64,000 nucleotides of DNA from Psychrosphaera sp. (GTDB lineage Bacteria; Pseudomonadota; Gammaproteobacteria; Enterobacterales; Alteromonadaceae): positions 1,017 through 65,016 of the forward strand of contig JAWUWS010000109.1 in assembly GCA_034111705.1 (NCBI GenBank), given 5' to 3'. The position numbers and the translations under genes were made by a program. The notes beneath the pieces are model-generated. The model had not been told where the DNA came from and ran no database searches. It saw nothing but the letters and a program-made list of their open reading frames with translations. Every line of letters starts with the position of its first letter. Positions within the stretch are counted from its first letter, which is position 1. This document shows positions 38,912-49,010 of this stretch, piece by piece.

Positions 38912-41900
38912 ATGTCAACGAAAAATAACAATTTCAAAAGGGGGCACCTGCATCAGGTTGTCTGTAAAATATTAAGGACTCCAGCTGCATCTATTTCAGC
39001 TTTAATGCTCACAAGTGCATTAATGAGTTCTCCAGTTATGGCGCAACAGAACAGTGCTATTAAAGGGAAAGTGGAAACGCAGGCTGCTAATGTATTAGTC
39101 TCTGGCGTTACTGTTACAGCATCAAGTGATGTTATGCCAAAGCCAAGAACGGTTATGACTAAAGCGGATGGTAGTTATGTATTACCCGCTCTTAAACCAG
39201 GCACATATACCTTAACATTTACATCTGTCGATGGTTCAGTTCGTCAAATGACAGTAGATGTATTATTAGATCAAACTGCAAAAGTTGACGTAGCATTTGA
39301 AGCCGCACCAACTGGTAGTACAGAAGTTATTCAAATTATTGGTGCTCGTGTTAGCCGAGAAGGTGACTCATCGTTAAGTGGTTCATTAGGTAAAGACGTG
39401 TTAGACCGTGCTCCAATCGGACAAGATTACCGTTCATTATTAGCCATTATCCCAGGTGTTCAATACTCTGAAAATTCTACATTAGGTCCATCAGCAGGCG
39501 GTTCTGGTCGTGATAATAAATACGGCTTTGATGGTGTAGATGTTTCTTTGCCTATGTACGGTAACTTAGCGTCTGAGCCATCTACTCAAGATGTTGCCTT
39601 TGTTTCAATTGACCGTGGCGGTGCTAAAGCAATTGGCTTTAACCGTGCTGGTGGTATGTCAATTAATACAATGTCTAAGTCAGGTACTAACGATTTTCAT
39701 GCAAGTGTAGAGTTACGTGTAGAGCCTGCAAGTTTAGCCGCTGATAAAAAAACTACAGATAGTTCAACAGAAACGTATAAAGAAAGTAAAACTTGGTTTA
39801 GTGCTAATGTAAGTGGTGCATTACTTGAAGATGAGTTGTTCTTTTACGGTTCATATTACGGACCTTCTGTAACGCGTGATAATAAAGAAACTGCTTATGG
39901 TAGTGTTAAAAATTACAGTAGTGAACGTGATGAATATTTTGCTAAATTTACTTGGGCACCAACGGATGACTTATTATTAAACTTAAGTTACCGAGATTCT
40001 GATAAAACAGTAGAAGGCGAATCTATCGGCTCTACATCAACCGATTCAACCTCAGGGGGAAGTTCGGTATCTCAGACAATCTTTACGTTAGATGGTTCTT
40101 ATATTCTAGGTGATTACACTACATTAAGTTTTCAATACAGTGACTTTGAGAATAAAAACTTAGGTGGGCCTGATACTGTCTTTTCTAGTGTTAACGCCAG
40201 TGTTGATGGCTCATTAGATCTTGATAATTTAGATCTCCAAGGTAATTTTTATGTACCTGAAATAACAACGGATATTGGCTATGATAATGGTACAGCACAG
40301 GATTTAATTGACGCTTATGGTTATGAACTAAATGGTGTGATGACTGGCGGTGGTGATGTTGGTGGTTACTCTTATTTTAATAACCAAGACTTCTATCGTG
40401 AAAGCTTTGAAATAAAATTAGATCATGAAGCTGAATTAGGTAACATGATACATAACTTACACTTTGGTTTTCAGTGGAAAGAAAATACAGAAGTTCTAAC
40501 TCGTAACTCTAATGGTTGGGGTACGATTAGCTATGTAGGCGGCTTAGAAGTAGATACTGATTTTGTTGCTGCATCACCAATATATTATGCAGCGTCTGTA
40601 TACTCTAATAGTTTGTCAGAAAATGAATTAAATCCATTAACCTCATCATCTGAGAATATTAATATTGAGATAAATGACACCATTGAATATGGTGACTTTA
40701 CTCTTAACCTTGGTGTTCTACTTAGTAATGATGTGTTGTATGGACAAGGTTTGAAAGAGGACTCTTCTACTATTTCTGGTTATGTAGCGGCCCCTGGCGA
40801 AAAATACAAAATGTATGAGCTAGACTTTGCAGACATGATCCAACCTCGTTTAGGTATTACATGGGCGTATGATGCGGATAGTACTGTATTTGCTAACTAT
40901 GCTAGTTATAATCCTGATACAACGTCATTAGCACGTGCTGCATCTTGGGATCGTAATAATCAATCAACACAAGTCGTTTATTTTGATGAAAATGGTGACT
41001 CTGTTGGTAGCACGACCGCGGGTGGTTCATCTGGTAAGTTGTTCCAAGAAGACTTAAAAGCACGTCGTACAGATGAATTTACTATTGGTATGACTAAAAA
41101 TATCTCTAATGAATTCTTTATTCGCACTCATTGGCGTCAACGTAAAGCACTGCATGCTTGGGAAGACACATGGAATGGTTCACGAGGCTATGATTATGAA
41201 GGCCCATTTGGTGGGGTTCCAGACAATATAGCAGCTAAAGGCTTGTATATTGAGAATTTAGATGCTTATCTTGCGCAAATTGGCAGTGGTTCTACTTATG
41301 TAATTGCGGAGCTAGACGGTGCTGAAAATACTTATTATGAATGGAGTATTGAAGGTGACTATACTGGTGAGAACTTCTACTTAAATATGTCTTATGTATG
41401 GAGCCATTACTTTGGTAACTACGACCAAGATATTACTAGCACGGCTTCTGATGGTAACTTATTTGTAGGATCATCTAACTTAGCTGACGGTATTGGTCGC
41501 CAATTATGGGATGGCAAATACGGTAAGTTAAATGGTGACAGACCTCATATTCTAAAAGCGTTAGGTTATTATACAACTGACTGGGAAGCTGATATCGGTT
41601 TCAACTTTGTATTCCAATCAGGTGATGTATGGGAAGCTTGGGACGGTTCATTATATGGCTATTCAAGTGACACTATTCGTTATGCTGAAGCAGCTGGGAG
41701 CCGTCGTGAAGCAAGCCATTGGCAGTTAGACTTAAACTATGCACAAAGCTTTACATTAAGTAATGACTTAGTACTACAGTTGAAAGCCGATGTGTATAAC
41801 GTATTTGATAAACAAACTGGTTATAATTATGACCCTATTGTATCAAGCACTACATTTGGTGAAGCTCAAACGTTAATAAACCCTCGTAGAGTACAGCTTT

Positions 41901-41920
41901 CTGTAAATGTAAGCTTCTAA
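38912..41920 (+). CDS. Oar-type TonB-dependent receptor with N-terminal carboxypeptidase-regulatory-like domain
   Basis: Signal peptide, T.ADGSY..PAL.PGTYTL N-domain, SKSGTNDFH, QPRLGITW, DVYNVFD, terminal VSF; ATG at 38912. Confidence 0.92.
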   Translation: MSTKNNNFKRGHLHQVVCKILRTPAASISALMLTSALMSSPVMAQQNSAIKGKVETQAANVLVSGVTVTASSDVMPKPRTVMTKADGSYVLPALKPGTYTLTFTSVDGSVRQMTVDVLLDQTAKVDVAFEAAPTGSTEVIQIIGARVSREGDSSLSGSLGKDVLDRAPIGQDYRSLLAIIPGVQYSENSTLGPSAGGSGRDNKYGFDGVDVSLPMYGNLASEPSTQDVAFVSIDRGGAKAIGFNRAGGMSINTMSKSGTNDFHASVELRVEPASLAADKKTTDSSTETYKESKTWFSANVSGALLEDELFFYGSYYGPSVTRDNKETAYGSVKNYSSERDEYFAKFTWAPTDDLLLNLSYRDSDKTVEGESIGSTSTDSTSGGSSVSQTIFTLDGSYILGDYTTLSFQYSDFENKNLGGPDTVFSSVNASVDGSLDLDNLDLQGNFYVPEITTDIGYDNGTAQDLIDAYGYELNGVMTGGGDVGGYSYFNNQDFYRESFEIKLDHEAELGNMIHNLHFGFQWKENTEVLTRNSNGWGTISYVGGLEVDTDFVAASPIYYAASVYSNSLSENELNPLTSSSENINIEINDTIEYGDFTLNLGVLLSNDVLYGQGLKEDSSTISGYVAAPGEKYKMYELDFADMIQPRLGITWAYDADSTVFANYASYNPDTTSLARAASWDRNNQSTQVVYFDENGDSVGSTTAGGSSGKLFQEDLKARRTDEFTIGMTKNISNEFFIRTHWRQRKALHAWEDTWNGSRGYDYEGPFGGVPDNIAAKGLYIENLDAYLAQIGSGSTYVIAELDGAENTYYEWSIEGDYTGENFYLNMSYVWSHYFGNYDQDITSTASDGNLFVGSSNLADGIGRQLWDGKYGKLNGDRPHILKALGYYTTDWEADIGFNFVFQSGDVWEAWDGSLYGYSSDTIRYAEAAGSRREASHWQLDLNYAQSFTLSNDLVLQLKADVYNVFDKQTGYNYDPIVSSTTFGEAQTLINPRRVQLSVNVSF

Positions 41921-41953
41921 GCTAGGTATTATTTATAACGTTGTTAAATTAGG

Positions 41954-41985
41954 AAAATCCTCGCTCTAGGGTGGGGATTTTTTAT
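41954..41985 (+). terminator. Intrinsic terminator after the TonB receptor
   Basis: AAAATCCTCGC...GTGGGGATTTT stem followed by a T tract. Confidence 0.7.
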
Positions 41986-42133
41986 TTGTGAACTAAAATA
42001 TTTAATGGATTAGTTTATCGATAACTTGATGTGATAACTTATTATTAAATATAAGTTAAAAGAGCAACTATTGTTAAAAGATCAAGCACCTTTGAGTTAC
42101 AATTATTTTTAATCGATTAATCAATAGTTATGA

Positions 42134-42988
42134 GTGGCAATGTCAACATTTTCTAAAATTAAAGCAATCAAAGACTCGTTGTCCAGTAGCGAGCTAAAAC
42201 TAGCTAAATTTGCATTGGACTCATCTAATGCCATCCGAGAATTATCTTCACTGGAGCTAGCTAATGTTGTTGGTGTTAGCCAGTCATCTGTTGTTAAGTT
42301 TTCGCAAAAGTTGGGCTATAAAGGTTACCCTGCATTTAAATTGGGGATCATTGACGCATTAAATATTTCAACAGCGAGTAATAACTTACACGGAAAAATA
42401 ACCATTAATGACAGTTTTGGCCAAATGTCAGATAAATTGCTTAGCAGTAAAGTATCCGTGTTGAATGAAACTCAGAAACTTAATGATGAACAAGCATTCA
42501 TCGAAGCTGTTGGTTTACTTAAATCGTCAAAACGTATTTTGATTTGTGGTTTAGGTGGTTCCGCATTAGTAGGGAAAGACTTTTCTTACAAGTTACAAAA
42601 GTTAGGGATGCTGGCAATATCAGAGGCTGATGCTCACGCTCAATTGGCGTATGCCGCTACCTTATCTGAGAATGATTTAGTGTTTGCTATTAGTGAATCA
42701 GGTAACACCAAAGAAATGATCAATGTGGTTTCTGAAGCAAAACGTAATAACGCTAAAATAATATCCGTAACGCGTTTTGGTAGTACACCGATTTCTGATA
42801 TGGCTAATATAAAACTTTATTCTGTAGCGGATGATGAGTCAGCTCGTCTCTCATCAATTTTAACCAGAACTGCTCAGGAATTTGTTATTGATATCTTGTT
42901 TATTGCGATTACGCAATCATCTCGTCAAGGCCGCCAAATTCTTGAGAAAACAAATACAGTTGTAAGTGATTTTAGACGTAGTCTGTAA
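42134..42988 (+). CDS. murR: MurR/RpiR-family transcriptional regulator
   Basis: HTH VGVSQSSVVKFSQKLGYKGY plus SIS domain (GLGGS, ISESGNT); located in a murQ-containing locus. Confidence 0.88.
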   Translation: MAMSTFSKIKAIKDSLSSSELKLAKFALDSSNAIRELSSLELANVVGVSQSSVVKFSQKLGYKGYPAFKLGIIDALNISTASNNLHGKITINDSFGQMSDKLLSSKVSVLNETQKLNDEQAFIEAVGLLKSSKRILICGLGGSALVGKDFSYKLQKLGMLAISEADAHAQLAYAATLSENDLVFAISESGNTKEMINVVSEAKRNNAKIISVTRFGSTPISDMANIKLYSVADDESARLSSILTRTAQEFVIDILFIAITQSSRQGRQILEKTNTVVSDFRRSL

Positions 42989-43021
42989 ATAGTAAGAATT
43001 GAATTAGTCGTTTTCTAAATT

Positions 43022-43051
43022 AAAAAAACGCAGTTATTACTGCGTTTTTTT
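43022..43051. terminator. Bidirectional intrinsic terminator
   Basis: AAAAAAACGCAGT-TATT-ACTGCGTTTTTTT between convergent genes. Confidence 0.85.
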
Positions 43052-43081
43052 ATGCATAAAATAAATCGATGACGAGTTTAT

Positions 43082-43312
43082 TTAGCTTTTCTTAATTGTA
43101 TTAACTACCGTTAATACAATCCCAAATAATGATATTACACCTAAGTAAATAAAGATCCCTCGCGCGCTCCCATATAAACAAGCAAACAATACAGCAGAGG
43201 TAATACTAAATATTACGGAGATTAAGCGGTGCTTTTTATTTTGAGTGTATGAGCCATTTTGATTTAAAAAATAAATACCAACTATGGAGGTAACAAAAGC
43301 TAAAAATAACAT
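43082..43312 (-). CDS. Small membrane protein (DUF3325-like partner of PepSY-TM genes)
   Basis: 76 aa, three hydrophobic segments, starts 1 nt after the PepSY gene stop. Confidence 0.65.
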   Translation of the reverse strand: MLFLAFVTSIVGIYFLNQNGSYTQNKKHRLISVIFSITSAVLFACLYGSARGIFIYLGVISLFGIVLTVVNTIKKS

Positions 43313-43313
43313 A

Positions 43314-44948
43314 TTATGCTTTCTCCTCAGTTAATGTTTCATCTTGTTCGGAGTCTTTACTGTCTGAATGTTCGCTAGATAATGAAAACAGTTTTTTATA
43401 GCAGAACAACATTAATAAACCTAAGAAGAATAAAACCCAGTCAACTGAAACAGACACAAAATGTTGAGTCTCAAGTACATTAAATATGTGACTAGACGTT
43501 AGGATTGCATCCATTGGCATAACGATTGTTAACAACCCAGCGATAAGTAGAAATATCAGTTTAATTGCTTTTTTATAATCCACAACAAAAGGAATGATCA
43601 GAGCAATTAACCAGACACTAAAGAAAACATTAAAAATAACACTGGTGTGATCAAGGTCATGCATGACTCTATTTAATATAAGTTGGGTAGGGAATAAGGC
43701 AGCAGTAGCTAGAACAATTCCTCCACACGAACCGATTAATAATTTGTTAAAATTTTGATAAGTACGACGACTATGATTTGGTTGTTGAGAATTAAGGCCG
43801 CGTTCAATCCATAACATAAGTCCACTTATAGGTAATAACGCTGTTATCATTCCTAATATGCACCAAATTATTTTTACTAATACACCACCAAAATTACCGT
43901 AATGTAGAGGGAACATTGCATCAAGAATTTTTCCAGTAAAGCCTTCTAATCGACCAAACCTAGCTTGGCTTTTTATATATTCCCCTGTAGCTCCTTTATA
44001 ACTTAAGAACTCTCCACCCATTTGTTCGCCACCGGTACCATATACATAAACTAAAGCATTTTGATCACCGTAACCCATAATTGTGACGTCACGGAACGTT
44101 AAGTCAGGTCTGTTTTCTTCAACATGCTCTAATATGTTAGATAATTGTGTTGGCTGTTCTACGTGTGAAATAATCGCTGGTTTTACCACAGTAAATGTAT
44201 CTAGTAACTTCTCTTGGTCGCCATTGAAACTAACATAAGCTGCAGCAGGTACTAAAATTACAGTGGCTAACCCCAAGAAAGCACCAGTGAAAGCAATAGT
44301 ACTATGAAACAAAACAGCCCAAACACTCATCACTTTATGTCCGTCAGTCAGCATTAAGGAAAATGTTTTTCTAATTCTGAAAGTAAATAATTGAGGCAAT
44401 ATTTTACGATGGATAAAAAGCCCTGTGACAATTGAAACCATTAAGGTTAACCCAAGTAACCCCGTTAAGATTAAACCGAGAGGGCTTCCTAAATGTAAGT
44501 CAGCATGGAAATGAGCTAAGAAACTAGACATGTCTAATTTATCTTGCTCAAAAAAAGTACCCATATCGGTTTTGGTTAATTCTTCTAATGTCTCTGGGTG
44601 AAACTCATAAACAATACCTTTATGTTCTTCTTTGCCCTTTTCGTTTTCAAAATGGCCTTCAAAAATAACACGAGAGGCATGAGAAATACGTGATGATGGT
44701 AGTCTAATATGGATTTCTTCAAGGTACTCAGGACCAACTCTGTTTGAATAGTCATCAATGAGCTGCTCTAGACCTTGTGAGTTACTTTGAATAGGGGCTC
44801 TTATTTCATCATTTGCCCAAATTTTTAATTCTGGCAATGTGAATACGGCAACAGCACCACTAAACGCGATAATAAAGAGTAAAATACCAGTAATTAAACC
44901 AACCCACGAATGAAGTTGATATAACTTCTTTATTGTAAAACTTTTCAT
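43314..44948 (-). CDS. PepSY-associated TM helix protein (iron-uptake / siderophore reductase type)
   Basis: LHSWVGL..G, HFHADLH, TGLFIH, PLHYGNFGG conserved His motifs. Confidence 0.9.
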   Translation of the reverse strand: MKSFTIKKLYQLHSWVGLITGILLFIIAFSGAVAVFTLPELKIWANDEIRAPIQSNSQGLEQLIDDYSNRVGPEYLEEIHIRLPSSRISHASRVIFEGHFENEKGKEEHKGIVYEFHPETLEELTKTDMGTFFEQDKLDMSSFLAHFHADLHLGSPLGLILTGLLGLTLMVSIVTGLFIHRKILPQLFTFRIRKTFSLMLTDGHKVMSVWAVLFHSTIAFTGAFLGLATVILVPAAAYVSFNGDQEKLLDTFTVVKPAIISHVEQPTQLSNILEHVEENRPDLTFRDVTIMGYGDQNALVYVYGTGGEQMGGEFLSYKGATGEYIKSQARFGRLEGFTGKILDAMFPLHYGNFGGVLVKIIWCILGMITALLPISGLMLWIERGLNSQQPNHSRRTYQNFNKLLIGSCGGIVLATAALFPTQLILNRVMHDLDHTSVIFNVFFSVWLIALIIPFVVDYKKAIKLIFLLIAGLLTIVMPMDAILTSSHIFNVLETQHFVSVSVDWVLFFLGLLMLFCYKKLFSLSSEHSDSKDSEQDETLTEEKA

Positions 44949-44957
44949 TAAACGCCC

Positions 44958-45248
44958 TTATTTACTAAATAAAGCAAAATATATACATGTGATATGGATC
45001 GCATTAAGACCGATCATCACTAACCAAACATTTTTAACTGACGTAGCCATATAGCTATATATAAATAACCCAGTCCAAATAAATGGAAAAAGAAGAACGG
45101 GAATACCAATAGCATCCTGCTGAACAACAGGAAGGTATGTTGGCATTGCTGGGATCATAAGAACTGAGGTAATTAACGTTAAAATCACAGCCAAGAATGT
45201 GCGATTTTTAAAAGCTGTAAATGTGCTCTTTTTAGAGGTTGTTTCCAT
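44958..45248 (-). CDS. Small membrane protein (DUF3649-like) upstream of the PepSY gene
   Basis: Three TM segments; ATG at 45248 preferred because 45296 lies next to the Fur box. Confidence 0.65.
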   Translation of the reverse strand: METTSKKSTFTAFKNRTFLAVILTLITSVLMIPAMPTYLPVVQQDAIGIPVLLFPFIWTGLFIYSYMATSVKNVWLVMIGLNAIHITCIYFALFSK

Positions 45249-45303
45249 AACACTTATCACATAAAAAATAATCAACACAAAATACATGAAATTCATTGAT
45301 TTA

Positions 45304-45328
45304 GCAAATGAGAATGATTACCATTTGC
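45304..45328. promoter_or_regulatory. Fur box
   Basis: GCA-AATGAGAATGATTACCATT-TGC; the 19-mer matches the AATGAGAATnATTnTCATT consensus, with palindromic flanks, between divergent iron-uptake-type genes. Confidence 0.85.
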
Positions 45329-45368
45329 AAGTCAATCGAATTAATAACTCATCTCAAAGTGGAAAAAA

Positions 45369-47741
45369 ATGAAGCTAACTAAACTCGCCCTCGCAGTAAG
45401 TTTTGGACTAAATACTATCTCTTTAAATGCTATGGCAGATATTTCTGCTATTGAAGATGTGGCCCAAGAAGGTACAAATGAAAAGAGTGCCCCTCAAAAA
45501 ATAGAAGCTATTGTAGTCAGAGGTCAAAAAATAGACCGTAGTATACAAGAAACACCTACCAGTGTTGCTGTTGTTACAGCTAAAGATATAGAGAAACAGA
45601 ATGTGCAAAACGTGAGTGACGTATTTTCTGGTATGGCTAATGTAACTGGCACATTAAGTGACGGTTTTACTATTCGAGGTATAGATGCATTTAACGTTTC
45701 TGGTGGTGGTGGTAGTTATTTAGCGACTATGTATCTTGATGGAGCTCCATTACCTTGGCGTATTGTTAACAATGGTGCAGTACCTGTTTGGGACCTTTCT
45801 CAAGTAGAAGTTTTCCGTGGACCGCAATCTACATTACAAGGTCGTAATGCTTTAGCTGGTGCCGTGCATATCAGGAGCCAGGATCCAACCTATGACTGGA
45901 GTGGTAAAGGTAAAGTCACTATTGGTAATTTAGGAAAAAAAGAATACGCATTTGCTGGAGGAGGCAGCATCATTGATGACATGCTTGCGTTTAGAGTGAG
46001 TGTTGAAGATAAAGAACTTGAAGGTGATATTTATAATGTGACTAGAGAGGAAATGTCTAATTACGAAGAGTCAAATACCGTTAGAGGTAAATTGTTATAT
46101 CAACCGACTGATAACGTAACGGCATTACTTAGTTTATCAAACACAACGAGTAAGATAGGCGTGCAGTGGGCAACCTATGAGTATGGTGCCGATATATTCG
46201 ATAGAAAAAACTACTTTAACTCTCCAACTTGGAGGGACTCTGATACAGACATAGCAACATTAGAATTATCTTGGGATATTACTGATGAACTTTCTTTGGT
46301 GTCTGTTATCACGACAAATACGTCAGATTCTGGATATAACTGGGATGCCGATTTAACATCTGAACAATTATCGACCGATACACAAAATACTCGAACGGAT
46401 AAAACCAATAGCCAAGAGTTAAGACTTACCTATGATGGTGAAAACCTACAAGGTGTGGTTGGTTTTTACGCATCAGACTTAGATGTTGTGGATAACTCTT
46501 TAGGTGGCTCAAGCATTGATTTAGAAAGTGTTATTGGTTATGACTTCACAACGGCGGTTACTGGCCTTTTAATAGCAAATGGACTTGATACTGCAACCGC
46601 AAGCTATTTGGCTGGTGCGGTTGCTCCGTTGTACCCAGATATAGATCCTATTCTACTTGATTTTACTTCTGATTTTACTCAATCGGTGTCAACGCAGGCT
46701 TTATTTGCGGATGTTACTTATTCAATTACTGATTCGTTAGATTTATTAGCAGGTCTACGATTTGAAAATGAAAAGCAAACAAATGACAAAGCCTCGGTTT
46801 ATTCAATAACAAATACAATGCCAGATGCTAGCTTATATGATGCAACGACAGGCGCGATAATAACGGCGATAAATGACTATTTGAATGATCTAGCTGACAG
46901 TGCTTCTGGAACAGAGCCTTTATCATCGACAGACTTTAATGCATTTTTGCCTAAATTAGGTGTTAGTTATCATATTAATCAAGACATGACGACTAGCTTT
47001 ATTTACCAGAAAGGTTATCGCTCTGGTGGTGTAGGAACGAATACGGCACAGAATTATTTATACACTTACGATGCCGAATATACTGACAATTATGAACTGT
47101 CATACCGTTCCGTGTGGATGGAAGGCCAATTCGTGTTTAACGCCAATGCTTTTTTTACTCAATGGAAAGACCAACAAGTACTAAATCAATTGTCGACCAG
47201 ACAATATGATGTGGAAACACAAAATGCAGGTGAGTCAGAAATTAAAGGTATTGAAACAGAGGTGGTGTATTACCCAAGTAATCAGTTACGTGTTACCGCA
47301 GGCCTAGGTTATTCAAAATCAGAGTTTATTGATTACACTTATGTATTACCTACAACGGGTGAAGATGTAGATTTATCTGGCCGTTCATTTGCCGATGCAC
47401 CTACGATAACCGCAAATTTTTCAGTTGATTACGATTTTGATTCTGGCGTATACGCCAATGTTAATGCTAATTATCAAGACGCTTCAAAAGCGTACTTAGA
47501 TCCTGAAAACACTATAGGCGAGGTTGATGATGGTGACCCTGAAAATGATGCTCGTATGCTAGTAAATGCTCAAGTGGGTTATGACTTTGGTAATTATCAG
47601 GTGCGTTTTGATGTTAGAAACTTACTTGATGAAGAATACATTTCTGTTTACTCCAATGGTGCCATTGAAAATGGGGATGACGGAAATCATATTATCGGGC
47701 GTTCAAGACAAGTAAGTCTAAGTATTCAAGCTGCATTTTAG
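45369..47741 (+). CDS. TonB-dependent receptor (probably siderophore/iron)
   Basis: Signal peptide, IVVRGQK TonB box region, VEVFRGPQSTLQGRNALAG plug, NLLDEEY, terminal F; Fur box upstream. Confidence 0.92.
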   Translation: MKLTKLALAVSFGLNTISLNAMADISAIEDVAQEGTNEKSAPQKIEAIVVRGQKIDRSIQETPTSVAVVTAKDIEKQNVQNVSDVFSGMANVTGTLSDGFTIRGIDAFNVSGGGGSYLATMYLDGAPLPWRIVNNGAVPVWDLSQVEVFRGPQSTLQGRNALAGAVHIRSQDPTYDWSGKGKVTIGNLGKKEYAFAGGGSIIDDMLAFRVSVEDKELEGDIYNVTREEMSNYEESNTVRGKLLYQPTDNVTALLSLSNTTSKIGVQWATYEYGADIFDRKNYFNSPTWRDSDTDIATLELSWDITDELSLVSVITTNTSDSGYNWDADLTSEQLSTDTQNTRTDKTNSQELRLTYDGENLQGVVGFYASDLDVVDNSLGGSSIDLESVIGYDFTTAVTGLLIANGLDTATASYLAGAVAPLYPDIDPILLDFTSDFTQSVSTQALFADVTYSITDSLDLLAGLRFENEKQTNDKASVYSITNTMPDASLYDATTGAIITAINDYLNDLADSASGTEPLSSTDFNAFLPKLGVSYHINQDMTTSFIYQKGYRSGGVGTNTAQNYLYTYDAEYTDNYELSYRSVWMEGQFVFNANAFFTQWKDQQVLNQLSTRQYDVETQNAGESEIKGIETEVVYYPSNQLRVTAGLGYSKSEFIDYTYVLPTTGEDVDLSGRSFADAPTITANFSVDYDFDSGVYANVNANYQDASKAYLDPENTIGEVDDGDPENDARMLVNAQVGYDFGNYQVRFDVRNLLDEEYISVYSNGAIENGDDGNHIIGRSRQVSLSIQAAF

Positions 47742-47854
47742 CAATATTGAAATTTAGATAATAAGTGGCAGAAAGTACCTTGGAAGTAGATTATACACTT
47801 GGTACTTTTTGGCTTTCATTTGTTCGCGAAGCACTAAAAGAAAGTATTCGGGTT

Positions 47855-48781
47855 CTAAATCAATTTTACATCAACCGCTTTTCGTAAAAAGCCCTTATTT
47901 TGTTGTAATAGTAATTTAGCTTCTTGTGCATTTGTGCCGGCTAGTATCATCATAATCGCAACCTTAGCCTCACTATTTGCTGCTTTTAATGCATTAGATG
48001 CCGTTTGCTCATCACATTCTGTTGCTTGCATAACAATGAGTACTGCCCTTGCATATAACTTTTTATTACTCGCGTTTACATCAACCATTAAATTTTGATA
48101 GGTTTTGCCTATTTTAATCATGCTAGCGGTACTGAGCATGTTAAGAATTAATTTTTGTGCAGTCCCTGATTTCATACGAGTAGAACCGGTTAACACTTCA
48201 GGTCCAACTGCAGCACAAATATCTACATTGGCTTCTTTACCAATAGGGGAATTAGGGTTGCAACTAACCGCAACTGATTTGGCACCAATAAGATTAGCAT
48301 ATTGCAAGGCTGAAATAACATAAGGGGTTCGGCCACTGGCGGCAATACCAACTAACACGTCTTTTTCGTTAAAGTTAACGGCTTTTAAATCTTCAAATGC
48401 GGCTTCTTTATCATCTTCTGCACCTTCAACTGCGACTTTTATGGCTTTTTCACCGCCCGCAATAATAGCAATAACCATGTCCTTTTCCACACTGAATGTT
48501 GGAATGCATTCAACGGCATCTAGAATACCTAAACGGCCACTTGTCCCTGCACCTAAATAGATTAATCGACCTCCACGGTTAAAGGTTTCAACAATTGTAT
48601 CTACGGCAACTGCGATATTAGGTAACGCTTGTTGAACAGCAAGTGCTACTTTTTGATCTTCATCATTAATTTTTTGCAAAATGTCAGCTGTGGACAATAA
48701 ATCAATATTTACAGTTTCAGTATTACGCATTTCTGACAAAATCGTATTTAGTTCACTTAAAAGTAAATTATTATTCATCAC
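47855..48781 (-). CDS. murQ: N-acetylmuramic acid 6-phosphate etherase
   Basis: [54 protein letters not shown]. Confidence 0.97.
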   Translation of the reverse strand: MMNNNLLLSELNTILSEMRNTETVNIDLLSTADILQKINDEDQKVALAVQQALPNIAVAVDTIVETFNRGGRLIYLGAGTSGRLGILDAVECIPTFSVEKDMVIAIIAGGEKAIKVAVEGAEDDKEAAFEDLKAVNFNEKDVLVGIAASGRTPYVISALQYANLIGAKSVAVSCNPNSPIGKEANVDICAAVGPEVLTGSTRMKSGTAQKLILNMLSTASMIKIGKTYQNLMVDVNASNKKLYARAVLIVMQATECDEQTASNALKAANSEAKVAIMMILAGTNAQEAKLLLQQNKGFLRKAVDVKLI

Positions 48782-48883
48782 TGTTTTCCATTTTTAACTC
48801 TGAAGTTATACCTATAAAGGTTGAAGCTAAGAAGAACCTAGCTTTGACACAATGAGGCAATTTAACTCTTAATCTTGAAAAGT

Positions 48884-48900
48884 AAGAATATATTATTCTT
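48884..48900. promoter_or_regulatory. Candidate MurR/RpiR operator in the murQ/alr divergent promoter
   Basis: AA-GAATATATTATTC-TT near-perfect 17-bp palindrome. Confidence 0.6.
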
Positions 48901-49010
48901 TAAATGTTGTACATAAGAAATAATAATTGATTATTATTACTCGAATGGTTTATTGTCTTGTGTAAAGGTGCGTTAGTACTTATCGATACTATTAATTTAA
49001 GAGTAACAAA

